From Squalus acanthias (lineage: Eukaryota), in contig CM059438.1 of the NCBI GenBank assembly GCA_030390025.1, forward strand, positions 57,662,001 to 57,726,000: a stretch of 64,000 nt of DNA. The letters are read 5' to 3'. The notes beneath the pieces are model-generated. The model had not been told where the DNA came from. It searched no databases and worked only from the letters and a program-made list of their open reading frames with translations. Both the position numbers and the translations under genes were made by a program. Of this stretch, positions 13,153 through 25,490 are shown in pieces (the first letter of the stretch is position 1; every line of letters begins with the position of its first letter).

Positions 13153-14557
13153 GCTGGTGAGTGTATTTTTTTTTTAGTTTATAAGTTTCTTTCTGCTAAG
13201 TTAGTTAATAGCTTATTAAATAGAGGGAAAGAGCTGATTGGTGAGTTGCTGGGGAGTGTTTTTTGTTAAGTTTTAAGTTTATTTCTGCTGGGTTAGTTCT
13301 TAGTCTATTAAATAGAGGCATGGCAGGGCAGCTCAGTTCCGTGGAGTACACATCCTGTGCCACGTGGGAAGTCCTGGATGCTTCGCGTAGCCTGGACGAC
13401 CACATGTGCGGGAAGTGTCGCCAGCTACAGCAACTCGAGCTCCGGGTTTCGGAGCCTGAGCAGCGGCTGGAGTCACTGCAGTGCATCTGCGAGGCTGAGG
13501 GTTACGTGGATAGCATGTTTCTGGAGGTGGTCACCCCGCATCTTAAGAGTATGCAGGCAGAGAGGAAATAGGTATCCGCCAAATAGAAGAGGAGGAACAG
13601 GCAGGTAGTGCAAGAGTCCCCAGAGTGCATCGCACTCTCCAACCAGTATTCTGTTCTGAGTACTGGTGAGGGCGATGGTTCCTCTGGGGCGTGCAGCCAG
13701 AATTGTGTCCATGGCATCACGGGTGGCTCAGCTGCACAGGGGGGGGGAGGAAAAAGAGTGTAAGAGCAATAGTGGTCGGGGATTCAATAGTTAGGGGAGC
13801 AGACAGGCGTTTCTGCGGCTGTAGACGTAACTCCAGGATGGTATGTTGCCACCCTGGTGCCAGGGTCATGGATGTCACTGAGCAGCTGCAGGACACTCTG
13901 AGGGGGGAGGGTGAACAGCCAGAGGTTGTTGTCCATATCGGTACCAATGACACAGGCAGAAAGAGGGATAAGGGATGGGGAGGGTTTAAACTAGCTTGGC
14001 AGAGCTTGGACACTTGCATATAGGAGTTGAAAAGAGGAATAAGGTGCATAAAAGAGTGAGTGTGTTGGATAGTACAAGAGAAGATAGTACTAGAGGCGGT
14101 AGTAGTACCATATTAGATAGGAGCAGACTAAGAAAGACTACGAAAAATTCAAAAATGGGTTTAGAATGCATGTACGTAAACGCACAAAGTGTGGTGAATA
14201 AGGTTGGTGAGCTACAAGCACAATTAGCCGTGCGGCAATATGATGTTGTGGCAATAACGGAAATGTGGCTTAAAAATGGTGAGGACTCGGCACTTAATAT
14301 TCAAGGTTACAAGGTGTTCAGAAAAGATAGGAAAGGAAAAAAGGGAGGTGGGGTGGTAGTGCTGATTAAGGAAGACATTGTAGTGTTGGAAAGGGAGGAT
14401 GTTCTGGAGGGGACAAGGACAGAATCCATTTGGTTAGAGTTGAGGAGCAAAAATGGTATGATTACGCTATTGGGGGTATTCTTTTGGCCTCCAAATAGTG
14501 ACAGGGAGGTAGAGGAACAAATCTGCAAGGAAATCACAGAGATATGCAAGAACTATA

Positions 14558-15442
14558 GGGGGAAAAATTCAGTTGGTTTGCGCCTCCCGTTAGCGCCTTA
14601 AAAGGGCGCTAATGGGGCGCAAAGCAACTAGCGCCCGTGCGCGGCGATGTTTGCGCCACTCACGAAATTAACTAGACATTTTGCGGCAGCGTTAAACACT
14701 ACCGCCACAATCTCCTGCGCTGGCAGATCATGACGTCAGTCGAGTGCACAACGCCCCGGAGCGAATATTGAGTGGTGCCCCCTGCCTTACCACCTGCCGC
14801 TAGCAACAACAGGTTGAGGGGAGCGTTTTGCAGTCAGGAAGGGACTGGGGGAGCGCTATTTAAAGGCGACCACTTCCTGCCTTTTTTTGTTGGTGACATT
14901 TTTGCACCACGCATTCTGAGAGAAAGAGAGAGAGAGACTTCTGGAGAGATTCAACGCTGTGTGAAGGAGTTTTGGGTACTGAGCAGCACTTTGCAGGTTC
15001 ATTTTGATTTCCCCTTCCTTGTATCGATTTAGAAGAAACTGTTGGGGCTGCAGTCTGAGCTCTTTCCCTGGTTCTCTCCATTGTTCTTTCCAGCAGATTT
15101 GATGTACAGGTCTCTCCAGGCTGAGATTCAAGGCTGCAATGAGCAGGATGTGGATGGAGAGCAAGATCAACCCTCCCCTTTAAGAACTGGCTGGCGCCAT
15201 TGTGTCTGTGTTCCATTGCTGACTGACATCACATGAGCTCCGCCAGCGTGCTGAGGTAGCGCCTCGCTCCTCGGCCTTTGCGCCTTAAGACAGTTGTGAA
15301 GTGCCTAATTTAGCGCTCCAATCACCTCCAGGGGCGGTAAAAGCCAAGTTTGCAGTTGGAGGCGATAATTAGCGCCAGGCGCTAATCTTTGCGCCCGGCC
15401 GATAATTGCGCCCCAAATGGGACGATACTGAATTTCTCCCCC
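14558..15442. mobile_element. Harbinger-type MITE (family shared with 20570-21458)
   Basis: TIRs gggggaaaaattc / gaatttctccccc, TSD ata; splits the CR1 APE domain. Confidence 0.85.
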
Positions 15443-15615
15443 ATAGAGTGGTGATATTGGGGGACTTTAATTACCCAAATATCGATTGGGATAAAGCTAG
15501 GGTAAAGGGAAAGGAGGGGGAGGAATTTCTGAAATGTGTTCAGGAGAATTTTCTTGACCAATATGTTCTTGGCCCAACTAGGAAGGAGGCATTGCTGGAT
15601 CTGGTGCTGGGGAAT

Positions 15616-15791
15616 AGAAACATAGAAAAATAGGAGCAGGAGTTGGCCATTCGGCCCTTCGAGCCTGCTCTACTATTCAATATGATCATGGCTGATCCTC
15701 TATCTCAATACCATATTCCTGCTCTCTCCCCATACCCCTTGATGCCTTTGTGTCTAGAAATTTATCTATCTCCCTCTTAAAAAAATTCAGT
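15616..15791 (-). mobile_element. Short CR1 3' tail insertion
   Basis: agaaacatagaaaaataggagcaggagttggccattcggccc..., inserted in CR1 ORF2. Confidence 0.75.
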
Positions 15792-16398
15792 GAATGAGGT
15801 GGGCCAGGTCGACCAAGTGTCTGTGGGAGAACACTTGGGTATGAGTGATCATCGTATCATAAGATTTAGATTAGCAATGGAGAGGAGCAAGGAACAATCC
15901 GGAGTTGAACTTCTAAACTGGAATATTACAAACTTCAATGGGATGCGAAAGGATCTAGCCAGGGTAAAATGGAAGCAAAGACTGACAGGAAAAACTGTAA
16001 CGGAACAATGGGTGATCTTTAAGGAGATGTTCCAAGTACAGGCTAGGTACATTCCAACAAGAGGGAAGGGTAAGGGAACCATAGCAAGGGCTCCTTGGAT
16101 GACGAGGGAGATAGAGAAAATGATGAAACAAAAAAAGAGAGTGTATGATGTATGTCAGGTGAATTCTTCAAGGGAGAACCAGACCAAATACAATAAGTTG
16201 AGAGGGGATGTGAAGATGAAAATACGATTGATAAAGAGAGAATAAGAGAGTAGAATGGCGGTTAACATAAAAGGGAACCCAAAAATCTTCTACCGGCATG
16301 TAAACAGTAAGCGGGTAGTAAGAGGCAGGGTGGGGCCTATTAGAGACAAAGAAGTTGATATATGCTTAGAGGTGCAGGGCAAGGCTAGAATACTCAAT

Positions 16399-16698
16399 GG
16401 GGGGAATTTTCGCAGCCCTGGGGAGGCGGGTATGGAGGCGGGACTGCCGGGAAAATGGCCGAAAGCTGTCAAACGCTGACAATTCATCTGTCAAAAAAAT
16501 TTGACAGATGAAACGTCATACGCTGGCGTCCCCTGTCACCGGCTTTCACTTAATTGGCCGGTAAGCCTGCAGGGCGGGCTTAACAAAGTCAATCAAGGAA
16601 AAATAGCTTGGGTTGGCCAGACGTCATTGGGGGCGGGACTGAAACCCGAAAACCAGCAGTCCCGCCCCCAACGCGGCCCCATTGACAAAATGCAGCCC
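16399..16698. mobile_element. 300-bp Harbinger-type MITE
   Basis: TSD aat; ends ggggggaatttt / aaaatgcagccc; 3' half related to 32246-33115. Confidence 0.8.
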
Positions 16699-18936
16699 AA
16701 TGAGTACTTTGTATCAGTGTTCACTAAGGAGGTGGATGCTGACAAAATATCGGTAGAAGTGGAAAAGGTAGAAGCAATGGAAGAGGTGGAAATTGATAGA
16801 CAGGATGTACGAGAAAGGCTGGGTATGCTTAGAATGGACAAGTCGCCTGGTCCAGATGGCTTGCATCCCAGGTTGCTAAGGGAATTGGGGGGAGGAGATA
16901 GCGGAAGGGCTTGCCATAATTTTCCAATCTTCCCCAGATGCGGGGGAGGTGCTTGAGGATTGGAAAGTGGCAAATGTGACACCGTTGTTCAAGAAAGGGT
17001 GTAAAGACAATTCTAGTAACTACAGGCCGGTCAGTTTAACATCAGTGGTAGGTAAAGTTTTAGAAACAATAATCAAGGAAAAAGTTAACGGGCATTTGGA
17101 GAGGTTTAAGCTAATTAAGGAGAGCCAACATGGGTTTGTAAAAGGCAGATCGTGTTTGACTAATCTAATTGAATTTTTTGATGAAATAACAGAGAGGATC
17201 GATGAAGGGAATGCAATGATGTTGTCTACATGGATTTTCGGAAGGCGTTTGACAAAGTACCACATAGAAGGCTGGTTAACAAAATTGGGGCTCATGGAAT
17301 AGGTGGGCCAGTGGCAGCTTGGATAAGGAATTGGCTTAAGGACAGGAAACAGCGAGTTGTGGTAAATGGCTGTTTTTCAGACTGGAGGATGGTAGACAGT
17401 GGTGTTCCCCAAGGGTCAGTGCTGGGGCCACTACTTTTTTTGATATATATAAATGACCTGGATATTGAAATACGGAGTAGAATTTCTAAATTTGCCAATG
17501 ACACCAAACTTGGGGGTGTGGCAAACAGTGATGATGATATCAATCGAGTGCAACAGGACATAGAAAGGCTAGCAGAATGGGCAGACAAGTGGCAGATGGA
17601 ATTTAATACAGAGAAGTGTGAGGTGCTGCATTTTGGCAGAAGGAACAGGGGGAGGCAATATACACTTAATGGCACAGTTTTAAAGAGTGTGCAGGGACAG
17701 AGGGACCTGGGAGTTAATGTGCATAGGTCCCTGAAGGTGGCAGGACATATTGAGAGAGTGGTTAACAAAGCATATGGGATCTTGGACTTCATAAATAGAG
17801 GTATTGAGTACAAAAATAGAGAAGTTATGGTGAACCTTTATAAAGTGCTGGTTAGGACACAACTTTAGTTTTGCGTCCAGTTCTGGTTGCCACACTTTAG
17901 GAAGGATGTGAAGGCCCTTGAGAGGGTGCAGAGGAGATTTACCAGAATGGTTCCTGGGATGTGGGATCTTAGCTACAAGGAGAAGCTGGATTTGTTTTCA
18001 TTAGAGCAAAGGAGGTTGAGGGGTGATTTGATAGAAGTGTACAAGATTATGACGGGTTTGGATAGGCTAGACCGGGAAAGGCTGTTTCCACTAGTTGATG
18101 GTACAAGGACTAGGGGACACAGATTTAAGGTTTTGGGCAAGAGATACAGGGGGTATGTGAGGAAAAACTTTTTTACGCAGTGAGTGGTGAGGACCTGGAA
18201 CTCGCTGCCGACGGAAGTGGTGGAAGTGGAGACACTCAATGTTTTCAAGGGGAGACTGGATAGGCACTTGAAGGAAATAAACTTGCAGGGCTATGAGGGG
18301 TAGAGCGGGGGAAATGGGACTGATTGGATTGCTCTACAGAGAGCGGGAATGGACTCAATGGGCTGAATGGCCTCCTTCTGTGCCGTTATTACTCTATAAG
18401 AAGAAGAAACACTGTCACTCGATTTCACACTCTCAGCCACCAGCTCCACAAGGTCGACCAGCAAGGCCATTTGCAGTGTCCTCCATTGAAAGCCAGTAGC
18501 CTTCCACCAGCCATGCTGCAGCCACTGGGGTAGCATTGAGTGACATCAGTAGGATAGGCAAAGGCACACGCAAGATAGTCAGTAAGGGAATGCATAAGGG
18601 TGATGAGTTGATTTCTTGATGTTATATTTGATGGATAGATGTATAAAGTTGGATTGGACAGTTTGCTTTGTGGTGGCTTTTAGTTCAGCATTGTGGCCAA
18701 CAGGATGCACTGATGGTCAGTATCAAAGGGAAGGTAAGGTGTGGGACAAATGTTGAAAGGGGAATTGGGGTTGTGGTCACTGGTACCGCAGGGGATGATT
18801 CCATCCTAGCTATCCCAGCCAAGCAAGGGGCTGTCTGGATTGCATCCTTCCTTCTGCTTCCTCCTCTTCTGCTTCTTCTTCTTCTGTGGCTTATCTTCAG
18901 CACCTTCCTTTTCGCTCTGCGAGCGGATGCAGTAAA

Positions 18937-19066
18937 TCTGAAATAAAAGCGTAAAATGCTGGAAATACTCAGCAGGTCAGGCAGCATCACGACTTGAGAC
19001 ATGAACTCTGTTTCTCACTTCACATATGCTGCCTGACCAGATGAGTATTTCCAGCATACTCTGTCT
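18937..19066. mobile_element. Penelope pLTR-derived imperfect palindrome
   Basis: atgctggaaatactcagcaggtcaggcagcat ... atgctgcctgaccagatgagtatttccagcat; same sequence as the pLTR at 37590-37635. Confidence 0.7.
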
Positions 19067-20518
19067 TCTCAGAGGCCTTCCTTTACCCTCCGAGGCCATG
19101 CAAGCATCCAGCAGCACTCCATGCACAATTAAAAAATCCAGTCCCAAAACTTAAATGCAAACTTACCTGAAAGATGTTTGAGTTCCTTTAAGAAGTGCTG
19201 ACAGTGTCTCCATCAGTCTGCTGCACGCTCACTTTTCAGAGCAAGCTTAGGACCCAGTGCTAAGGATAAAGTTCGCAGAGCATGACATTAATTCGGCGTT
19301 GCACACTGTCTGATGTCACGCTCTCCCAATTTGCATCCCCAGGGCCAGCGCTGCTATCAGCAGCGATAAGGCCCAGATGAAAATGCCAACTGCCGAGTCC
19401 TGCGCCATTCTTCGCCAGGATTCAAGCGCTAATGGGTGGCGGTAATTAGCCCAATTTCTGGGCCTATGTGTACAATCCCTGCTAGCCTAAGGGGTTATTC
19501 CTGGGTGGGAGTGCAGTGTGTAAAGAATAACTGTTGAAGAACAAAGAAAATCAAACAAGATAGGTAATCTTTTTTACTTCTTCATTTGGCATCATCCATA
19601 TCACTACTGGCAGTCATGCCCAGGAGGAGGGGTAGTGAGGTGTCACTAATATGTGAAAGAGTAAAAGATCATTTATTTCCTACACTTGAGTCTTTCCATG
19701 TCCCCCAAGCCCATGGCAATTACCCCCAAAGTAGCAACTCTGCAGTAGGCTTCCAACAGAGGTGTCCTAAGCTTTAGGATCCTAATGCCCAGTCCTAAAG
19801 CCCTGAATCAAGCTCAGTGATGCCAAAGGCAGTTGACAGGTCTCCATGTAACAGTAAGCGACTCACTTGACATCTGCCTGTTCCTGAAAAATGATTGCTG
19901 AGTCAGTGACTGGTGAGGTGTGCATCCAGTCAGTGGAGACACAGTGGACCCAGCAGGTCCTGTCTACTCTGACCATTACTGGAAGTTGCTTTCATAAGTT
20001 ATCCAAGATTTCCTTGGAAGTGAATCAAAAAGTAATGGGCATGATGTACTCTGCAAAGAATAAGGACTGAGACCTTTCCAAGATCCTGAGTAGTGCCTCT
20101 CCCCCAATGCAGGGTTACATTCATTTGGAAAGGTTCAAGGTAAATTTGAATTAATGTGTGGACATTCATGTGCAATGATTCTGTTATTTCTTTGCTATTT
20201 TAAAGGAGCATTTAACCCGTTGTAAATAAACATCACACAAAAGCATTAGCAATTGTGCACTAATATTGCACACAGTAAATTACAGGCTATAAATAAAAGA
20301 CAAATGGAGAAGAAGAAAGATTAGGGGCAAAGGAAAAAACAGGTTAGCAGAAGTAATACATTTTAATTCGTTTTTCAATGCCTATATATATTTTCCATGA
20401 TGTGGAGATGCCGGTGTTGGACTGGGGTGGACAAATGTGAGAAGTCGCACAACACCAGGTTATAGTCCAACAGTTTTATTTGAAATCACAAGCTTTCGGA
20501 GCGCTGCTCCTTCTTCGC

Positions 20519-20552
20519 CTGACGAAGGAGCAGCGCTCCGAAAGCTTGTGAT
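20519..20552 (+). ncRNA. Minimal hammerhead ribozyme-like motif
   Basis: CUGACGA-A-GGAGC(agc)GCUCC-GAAA followed by palindromic aagctt; stem I and cleavage triplet not clearly intact. Confidence 0.5.
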
Positions 20553-20569
20553 TTCAAATAAAACTGTTG

Positions 20570-21458
20570 GGGGTAAAAATTCAGTTGGTTGCGCCTCCCG
20601 TTAGCGCCTTAAGAGGGCGCTAATGGGGCGCAAAGCCGCTAACGCCCGGGCGCAGCGATGTTTGCGCCGCTCGAGAACTTAACTTGAGATTGTGCGGCGG
20701 CGCTAAAACTTACCGCTGCGACCACCTGCGTGCGCAGATTGTGACGTCATTCCATGGTGCAACGCCCTTGTGGCGCCCCGGAGCGGAAATTGAGTGGCGC
20801 CCCCTGCCTTACCGCCTGGCGCATCCAACGACCAGAAGACTGGAACGCTATCAATCGCTGTGGGGCTGGGGGGGGCGCTATTTAAAGGGGGCCTCTTCCT
20901 GTCTTTTATTGTTGGTGGCATTTTTGAACTACGCATTCTGAGAGAGGGAGAGACTTCTGGAGAGATTCAACGTTGTGTGAAGGAGTTTTGGGTACTGAGC
21001 AGCACTTTGCAGGTTCATTTTGATTTGCCATTCCTTGTATCGATTTAGCAGAGACTGTGGGAGCTGCACTCTGAGCTCTTTGCCTGGTACTCTCCATTGT
21101 TCTTTCCAGCACATTTGATGTGCAAGTCTCTCCAGGCCGAGATTCAAGGCTGCAATGAACAGGATGTGGATGGAAAGCAAGATTAACCATCCCCTTTAAG
21201 AACTGGCCCGTGCCATTGTGTGTGTGTTCCATTGCTGACTGACATTACATGAGCTTCGCCAGCGCTCTGAGTTAGCGCCTCACTCCTTGGCCTTTGCACC
21301 TTAAGACAGGTGTGCAGCGCCTGATTTAGCGCTCCACTCACCTCCCGGGGCGGTAAAAGTGAAGTTTCCAGTCAGTGCCGATAATTAGCGCCAGGCGCTA
21401 ATATTTGCGTCCAGACGATATTTGCGCCCCAAATGGGGCGCGACCTAATTTCTACCCC
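20570..21458. mobile_element. Harbinger-type MITE (second copy of the 14558 family)
   Basis: TIRs ggggtaaaaatt / aatttctacccc, TSD ttg. Confidence 0.85.
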
Positions 21459-21600
21459 TTGGACTATAACCTGGTGTTGTGCGACTTGTCATATATATAT
21501 TTTGACCTGTTTTATTACTTCAATACACAATGGCTCATTCTAGACAAAACTTTTTCATCAAGTTACTGTAATATTTCAGCAGTGAGTTTTTTGTACTGAC

Positions 21601-21630
21601 CGATCTTGAGTTAAAGGTGTTCGCGGCCTT
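21601..21630 (-). CDS. Microexon B2 (30 nt), RPRTPLTQD(R)
   Basis: tttttgcatccttag|aaggccgcgaacacctttaactcaagatcg|gtcagta. Confidence 0.7.
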
Positions 21631-22819
21631 CTAAGGATGCAAAAATAAAAAATAACCATTAGAAATACCCTCTAAAAATATTGGCAATTTTACATTCTGT
21701 TGCAGACTCGTGTTTTATCAGCAAGACACACCAAAGTGTGAGTTCTTTTAACAACAGCATGCATTTCGTCTCCGGCTATGGCCTCCTGCCGCTGGCATTT
21801 CCTCCCAGCTGTTGGCTGGGACATCCCATTTTGCCAGCTGTCAGAAGGGAAATGGAACAAAAATATTTGAGGTCCTGTCGTTAAGTTCGGCAGGACCTCC
21901 GTGTCTCCAAACCCTTGCCCGGTTCTTCAACTGTTTTCGGCCTACCCTGTGACCTCTTCACCGCCCCGTAAATATTGGGGCCCTGATGTTGGGAACACTC
22001 TGGTCCTATTCAGGTTGTGGCAGAGACAGAGACACAGTCAGTCTGGTCTTGCAAAGTCAGTCAGGTTTTAAAACAGAGAGCTTTAAGAGCAAGCTTTGGC
22101 CAGGCTCAGAAGGAGATGGCAGGAAAGTAGTAAGTTACTTTGTTTACGTCAAGTAGCGTAGGAAAGAAAGAAGGGAACAGGAAGTGAAGGGAAAAAGGGT
22201 AAGGAAAAGAAGGAGAAACAAAGACAAAAGAATGGGACTTGCATTTATATAACAGCTCATCATTTCTGTCCAAAAACATCACATAAAATGAATTACTTTG
22301 AATTGAGTGACTGCTTTGCATCAAGTGTCAAGAACAGTTTCCAAATTTAAAAAGCGGGTGAGCATTTAAACATTCTGTACGACAATACCAATCTGAGGTA
22401 CAAAATCTGAAAAAAATCTATAGATTCCCTCTGCATAAAGATACAAATATCCCCAAAGGCTGGCTCCGCCAGAAAGTGTATTTGGATAGAACCAGCCCTT
22501 GAATATCTTTACTGTGTTAGCAACATCTCGCACCGTTGCTACCAGTCCCCAAATCCCAATATTAGAATTAATTACCATGACTTGCCAGAAGGTTTGGATT
22601 CTGCATTCCCATTAAATGGGAGGAGAGTCACACATCCTTTATTACTGTATCCTACTTTCTTTGATACTATCTCAGATAACCAATAACTTTTCCCTTCCTT
22701 TTTCCACCAATTTTCTCCCCTTGTTGTGCAGTGGTTACAAAGCACTGGACACCACCTACTGCCCCGAATCACTGCTCCATTCCCAAATATCTTTAACTTT
22801 GGGAGTGACTCAGACACTT

Positions 22820-23792
22820 GGGGGGAATTTTAACCTGAGGAAACAGGTGGGTTTGGAGTGTGGGGGTATTCAAATGTTAAAAGTTGGATTCCCGACCGGA
22901 TCCCGCCTCTATCCCGTTCTAATAGAGGTTGGATGGAGGGCGGGCATCCAACCCACACCCACGGGGCGGTACGTCAATTTAATATTATAATACGGCTGGA
23001 AGCCTCTTTTTTAACCTCCATATTGTTTTCTACTGCATGTGGACGGATTTCACACAATTCGTGAAAACCGGCAGTTAAAGCAAGATGGGGACTACTGGAT
23101 CCAGGAGGTAAGTGGCTTCATACCTACCTCCTGGATCCAGGGTCCCAACCGAACTCAGACCCCAATATCGGAGATCGAGGCGGGAGGGAAAAGAGGGGAC
23201 CGGGATCGCCATCCCAGGTCTCACCCGCATGCCCTGGCCTTCCTGCTGAGGGCGGCCACGATTGTCTCGTGACCGGACACGATCATCTCTCTCCTGCCGC
23301 CACCATCTCTACCTGACCTCCACCCCGATGCTTCCCCCGCCCCGATCCTCTCTCCCCACCGCACCTCTGCCTGACCTCCTCCCCAATCCTTTCCCGGCCT
23401 GATCCCCGATCGCTGGCCGATCAACCATTCGATCCTTTCAATGGCCCACGATCCTCTCTCCCCACCCATTCCATTGCCCGGCCCCGATGCCTGGTCCTCT
23501 CCACCTCCCCCCAGATCCATTGCCAGGCCGCCGGTTCTCTCTGCCCCGCCCGCTCCGATCCATTGCCCGGCCCCTGGTCCTCGCTTCCCCCCCACCTCGC
23601 CGATCCATTGCCGGGCCCAGCCCTCACTCGAACTCTTGTATTCTGCTCTGTGCGGCCACAGGCCTACCCACTGCAGCCAGCCAGATTGAGAGGCCTCACA
23701 TGTACATCATGCCCTGCGGGAACCGAGGCCTCCCGGGTTTACCGACCACATTGGAGCACCCCCAACACGCCTTCCTCCAGAAAATTCCGGCC
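22820..23792. mobile_element. MITE1, amplified with the tandem unit (other copies 36244-37881, 46501-47314, 51422-51727 partial, 57429-58266, 61707-62738)
   Basis: Ends gggggaattttaa / ccagaaaattccggcc at the same host position in each unit; internal hairpin ctggatccaggaggta...tacctcctggatccag. Confidence 0.8.
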
Positions 23793-23907
23793 TTTGATTG
23801 GGATCAAAAAGTGGTTTCCTGATTTCTTTAACGTACTGGAATAAATAACTAGTTTGTCTCAGGAAAGGTACTGTAATAATAAAGCAAACTGTGTGTGTTG
23901 TACTCAC

Positions 23908-23937
23908 TGCACTGGACTTGAAGAACTCGGATACACC
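23908..23937 (-). CDS. Microexon A2 (30 nt), VYPSSSSPV(Q)
   Basis: tttgttcag|ggtgtatccgagttcttcaagtccagtgca|gtgagta. Confidence 0.7.
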
Positions 23938-24208
23938 CTGAACAAACAAAAACAACAAATCATTAACTGTGATGCTGGGATTTTTCACTTCAGTTTTGAA
24001 TAATTTTACTTCAAGATTTTCATAACACTCAAAATATAATTTAAACTACAGAGGCCAATAAAACAGAAAGAAAAAACCCCACAACATAACAAGTACCAAA
24101 GAGTGACCCTAGCCATGGTAACAGATAAATTAGCATTGAAACATCCAGGGTTAACATGAACTCGCTGCACTAAAAGCACACACACAAAAGGGAAACCCAA
24201 GAAACCGA

Positions 24209-24945
24209 GGGGGAGAAATTTCCCTCGCGTGCCATTTGGGGCGTTAAGTCAAAAATGTTTGAAAAGTTAGCACGAGGCGCAAACCATCTCAAACATTTGA
24301 GAAATTCCCATTTTTTGATCCAAGAGGGAAGTGGAGCGCTAAATCAAGCGCTCAACTTGCCTCTTGGAGCGGAAGAGGCGGGAAATGTCCTGATCCGGAG
24401 CGATGTGCTCAGCAGCGCCATGAGTGGCAACACATGGCGCTGCCGCGTTGCAGGGGCTCCTCCCTCAATTAAAGGGAAGGGATCCCCACTGCGAACTCTG
24501 CATTTTTTTGGCATCTGCTGTAGCACCAGGCTGCGCAAGTGCTGCGCGATCAGCCTGGCACTCAAGCTCAGTACCGGGCTGACTGATCGCGGCATTCAGT
24601 CCTCGTGCGGTGCTCTGAAATTTTTTAACAAAGAATCAGCGATTTTTTTCATGTCGGCCGGCCACTGTGCCTTTAAATGGTGCCCCGTGAGTGGCCGGCC
24701 TCAGTGTTCACAACCCCTGCAGCAGTCGGTAATATCGCCCGGCGCGAGGGGGAATTTTTCTCCAGAGACACTGCGCCAGGAGATGACGTCATGATCTCCG
24801 GGCGCAGAAGTTCGGGGCGATACCCGGTTGCGCCGCAGCTAATAATTCCACGGGAGGCATGGTTATCACCTCGGAGGGGCAAAAAGCCATTTGCGCCCCA
24901 TTAGCGCCTCCCACCGTAGGGACAAAGGAGCGGCATTTCTCCCCC
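24209..24945. mobile_element. MITE2, amplified with the tandem unit (other copies 38297-38641 truncated, 47733-51360 with RTE, 52141-52485 deleted, 58681-59401, 63155-63937)
   Basis: TIRs gggggagaaatt / (a)atttcgccccc at the same host position in each unit. Confidence 0.8.
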
Positions 24946-25490
24946 CTACTCTCTTATGAGATTCCCACTTGATCCTAAAAAAACATTTTCTGAGGTCCTT
25001 TTTATTTTTCATCCCTCCACTTGGTTTCCCACTCTTGCACAGTATAAAAGACCACTGCCTGTGTCAACACATCAGTTCATTTTGATCCAATCTAGCAAAA
25101 GGAATAGAAAACTATTGTGTAGAATCCCTGCTAGACCTAAGGGGGTATTCCTGGGTGCGAGAACAGAAGAATATCTGTTGAAGAACAAAGAAAATCAAAC
25201 AAGATAGGTAATCTTGTCTTACTTCTTCAGGAGGAGGGGTGGTGAGGTGTCACAAGTATGTTAAAAAGTAAAAGATCATTTATTTCCTTCGCTTGAGTCT
25301 TCTCATGTCCCCCAAGCCCATGACAATTATCCCCAAAATAGCAACTCTGCAGTAGGCTTCTAACAGAGGTGTCCTAAGCTTTAGGATCCTAATGCCCTGA
25401 ATCAAGCTCAGTTTTGCCAAAGGCAGCTGACAGGTCACCACGTCGCAGTAAGCATCTCAGTTAACATCTGCCAATTCCTGAAAAATGATG

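Larger units (their letters stand above)
12638..18396 (+). mobile_element. Near full-length CR1 LINE (ORF1 zinc finger/SGNH esterase; ORF2 APE+RT), disrupted
   Basis: ORF1 from about 13320: CATWEV...CGKCRQLQ, IVVGDSIVRG, VVVHIGTND. ORF2: CMYVNAQSVVNK, ILGDFNYPNIDW, NYRPVSLTSVVGK, GVPQGSVLGPLLF, KFANDTKL. CR1 3' UTR present; stops and frameshifts. Confidence 0.92.
11548..19464 (+). mobile_element. Degenerate Harbinger element hosting a near full-length CR1 and other nested TEs
   Basis: TIR-like ends ggcctagaattt / aatttctgggcc; Myb remnant EAVTASSVAPTTWLQCPKKLHDL near 12150-12220; Harbinger-like 3' sequence at 18400-19464. Confidence 0.6.
20393..21487. mobile_element. Penelope-type pLTR palindrome (72-bp perfect arms) split by a MITE
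   Basis: Left arm 20442-20513 is the exact reverse complement of 20524-20569 plus 21462-21487; contains a hammerhead-like core. Confidence 0.8.

Noticed and set aside
20036..20075. atgatg...ctga resembling C/D snoRNA boxes
   Set aside because: Too short, box C incomplete and changed to acgatg in other copies.
22572..22817. Minus ORF with C-type-lectin-like (ENWWKKEGKSYWLSE) and J-segment-like (KIFGNG) words
   Set aside because: Indels between copies (cccaaatatc versus cccaatatc; deletion near 36090), a non-conserved donor (gt/gc/ct), and no RSS or lectin Cys pattern.
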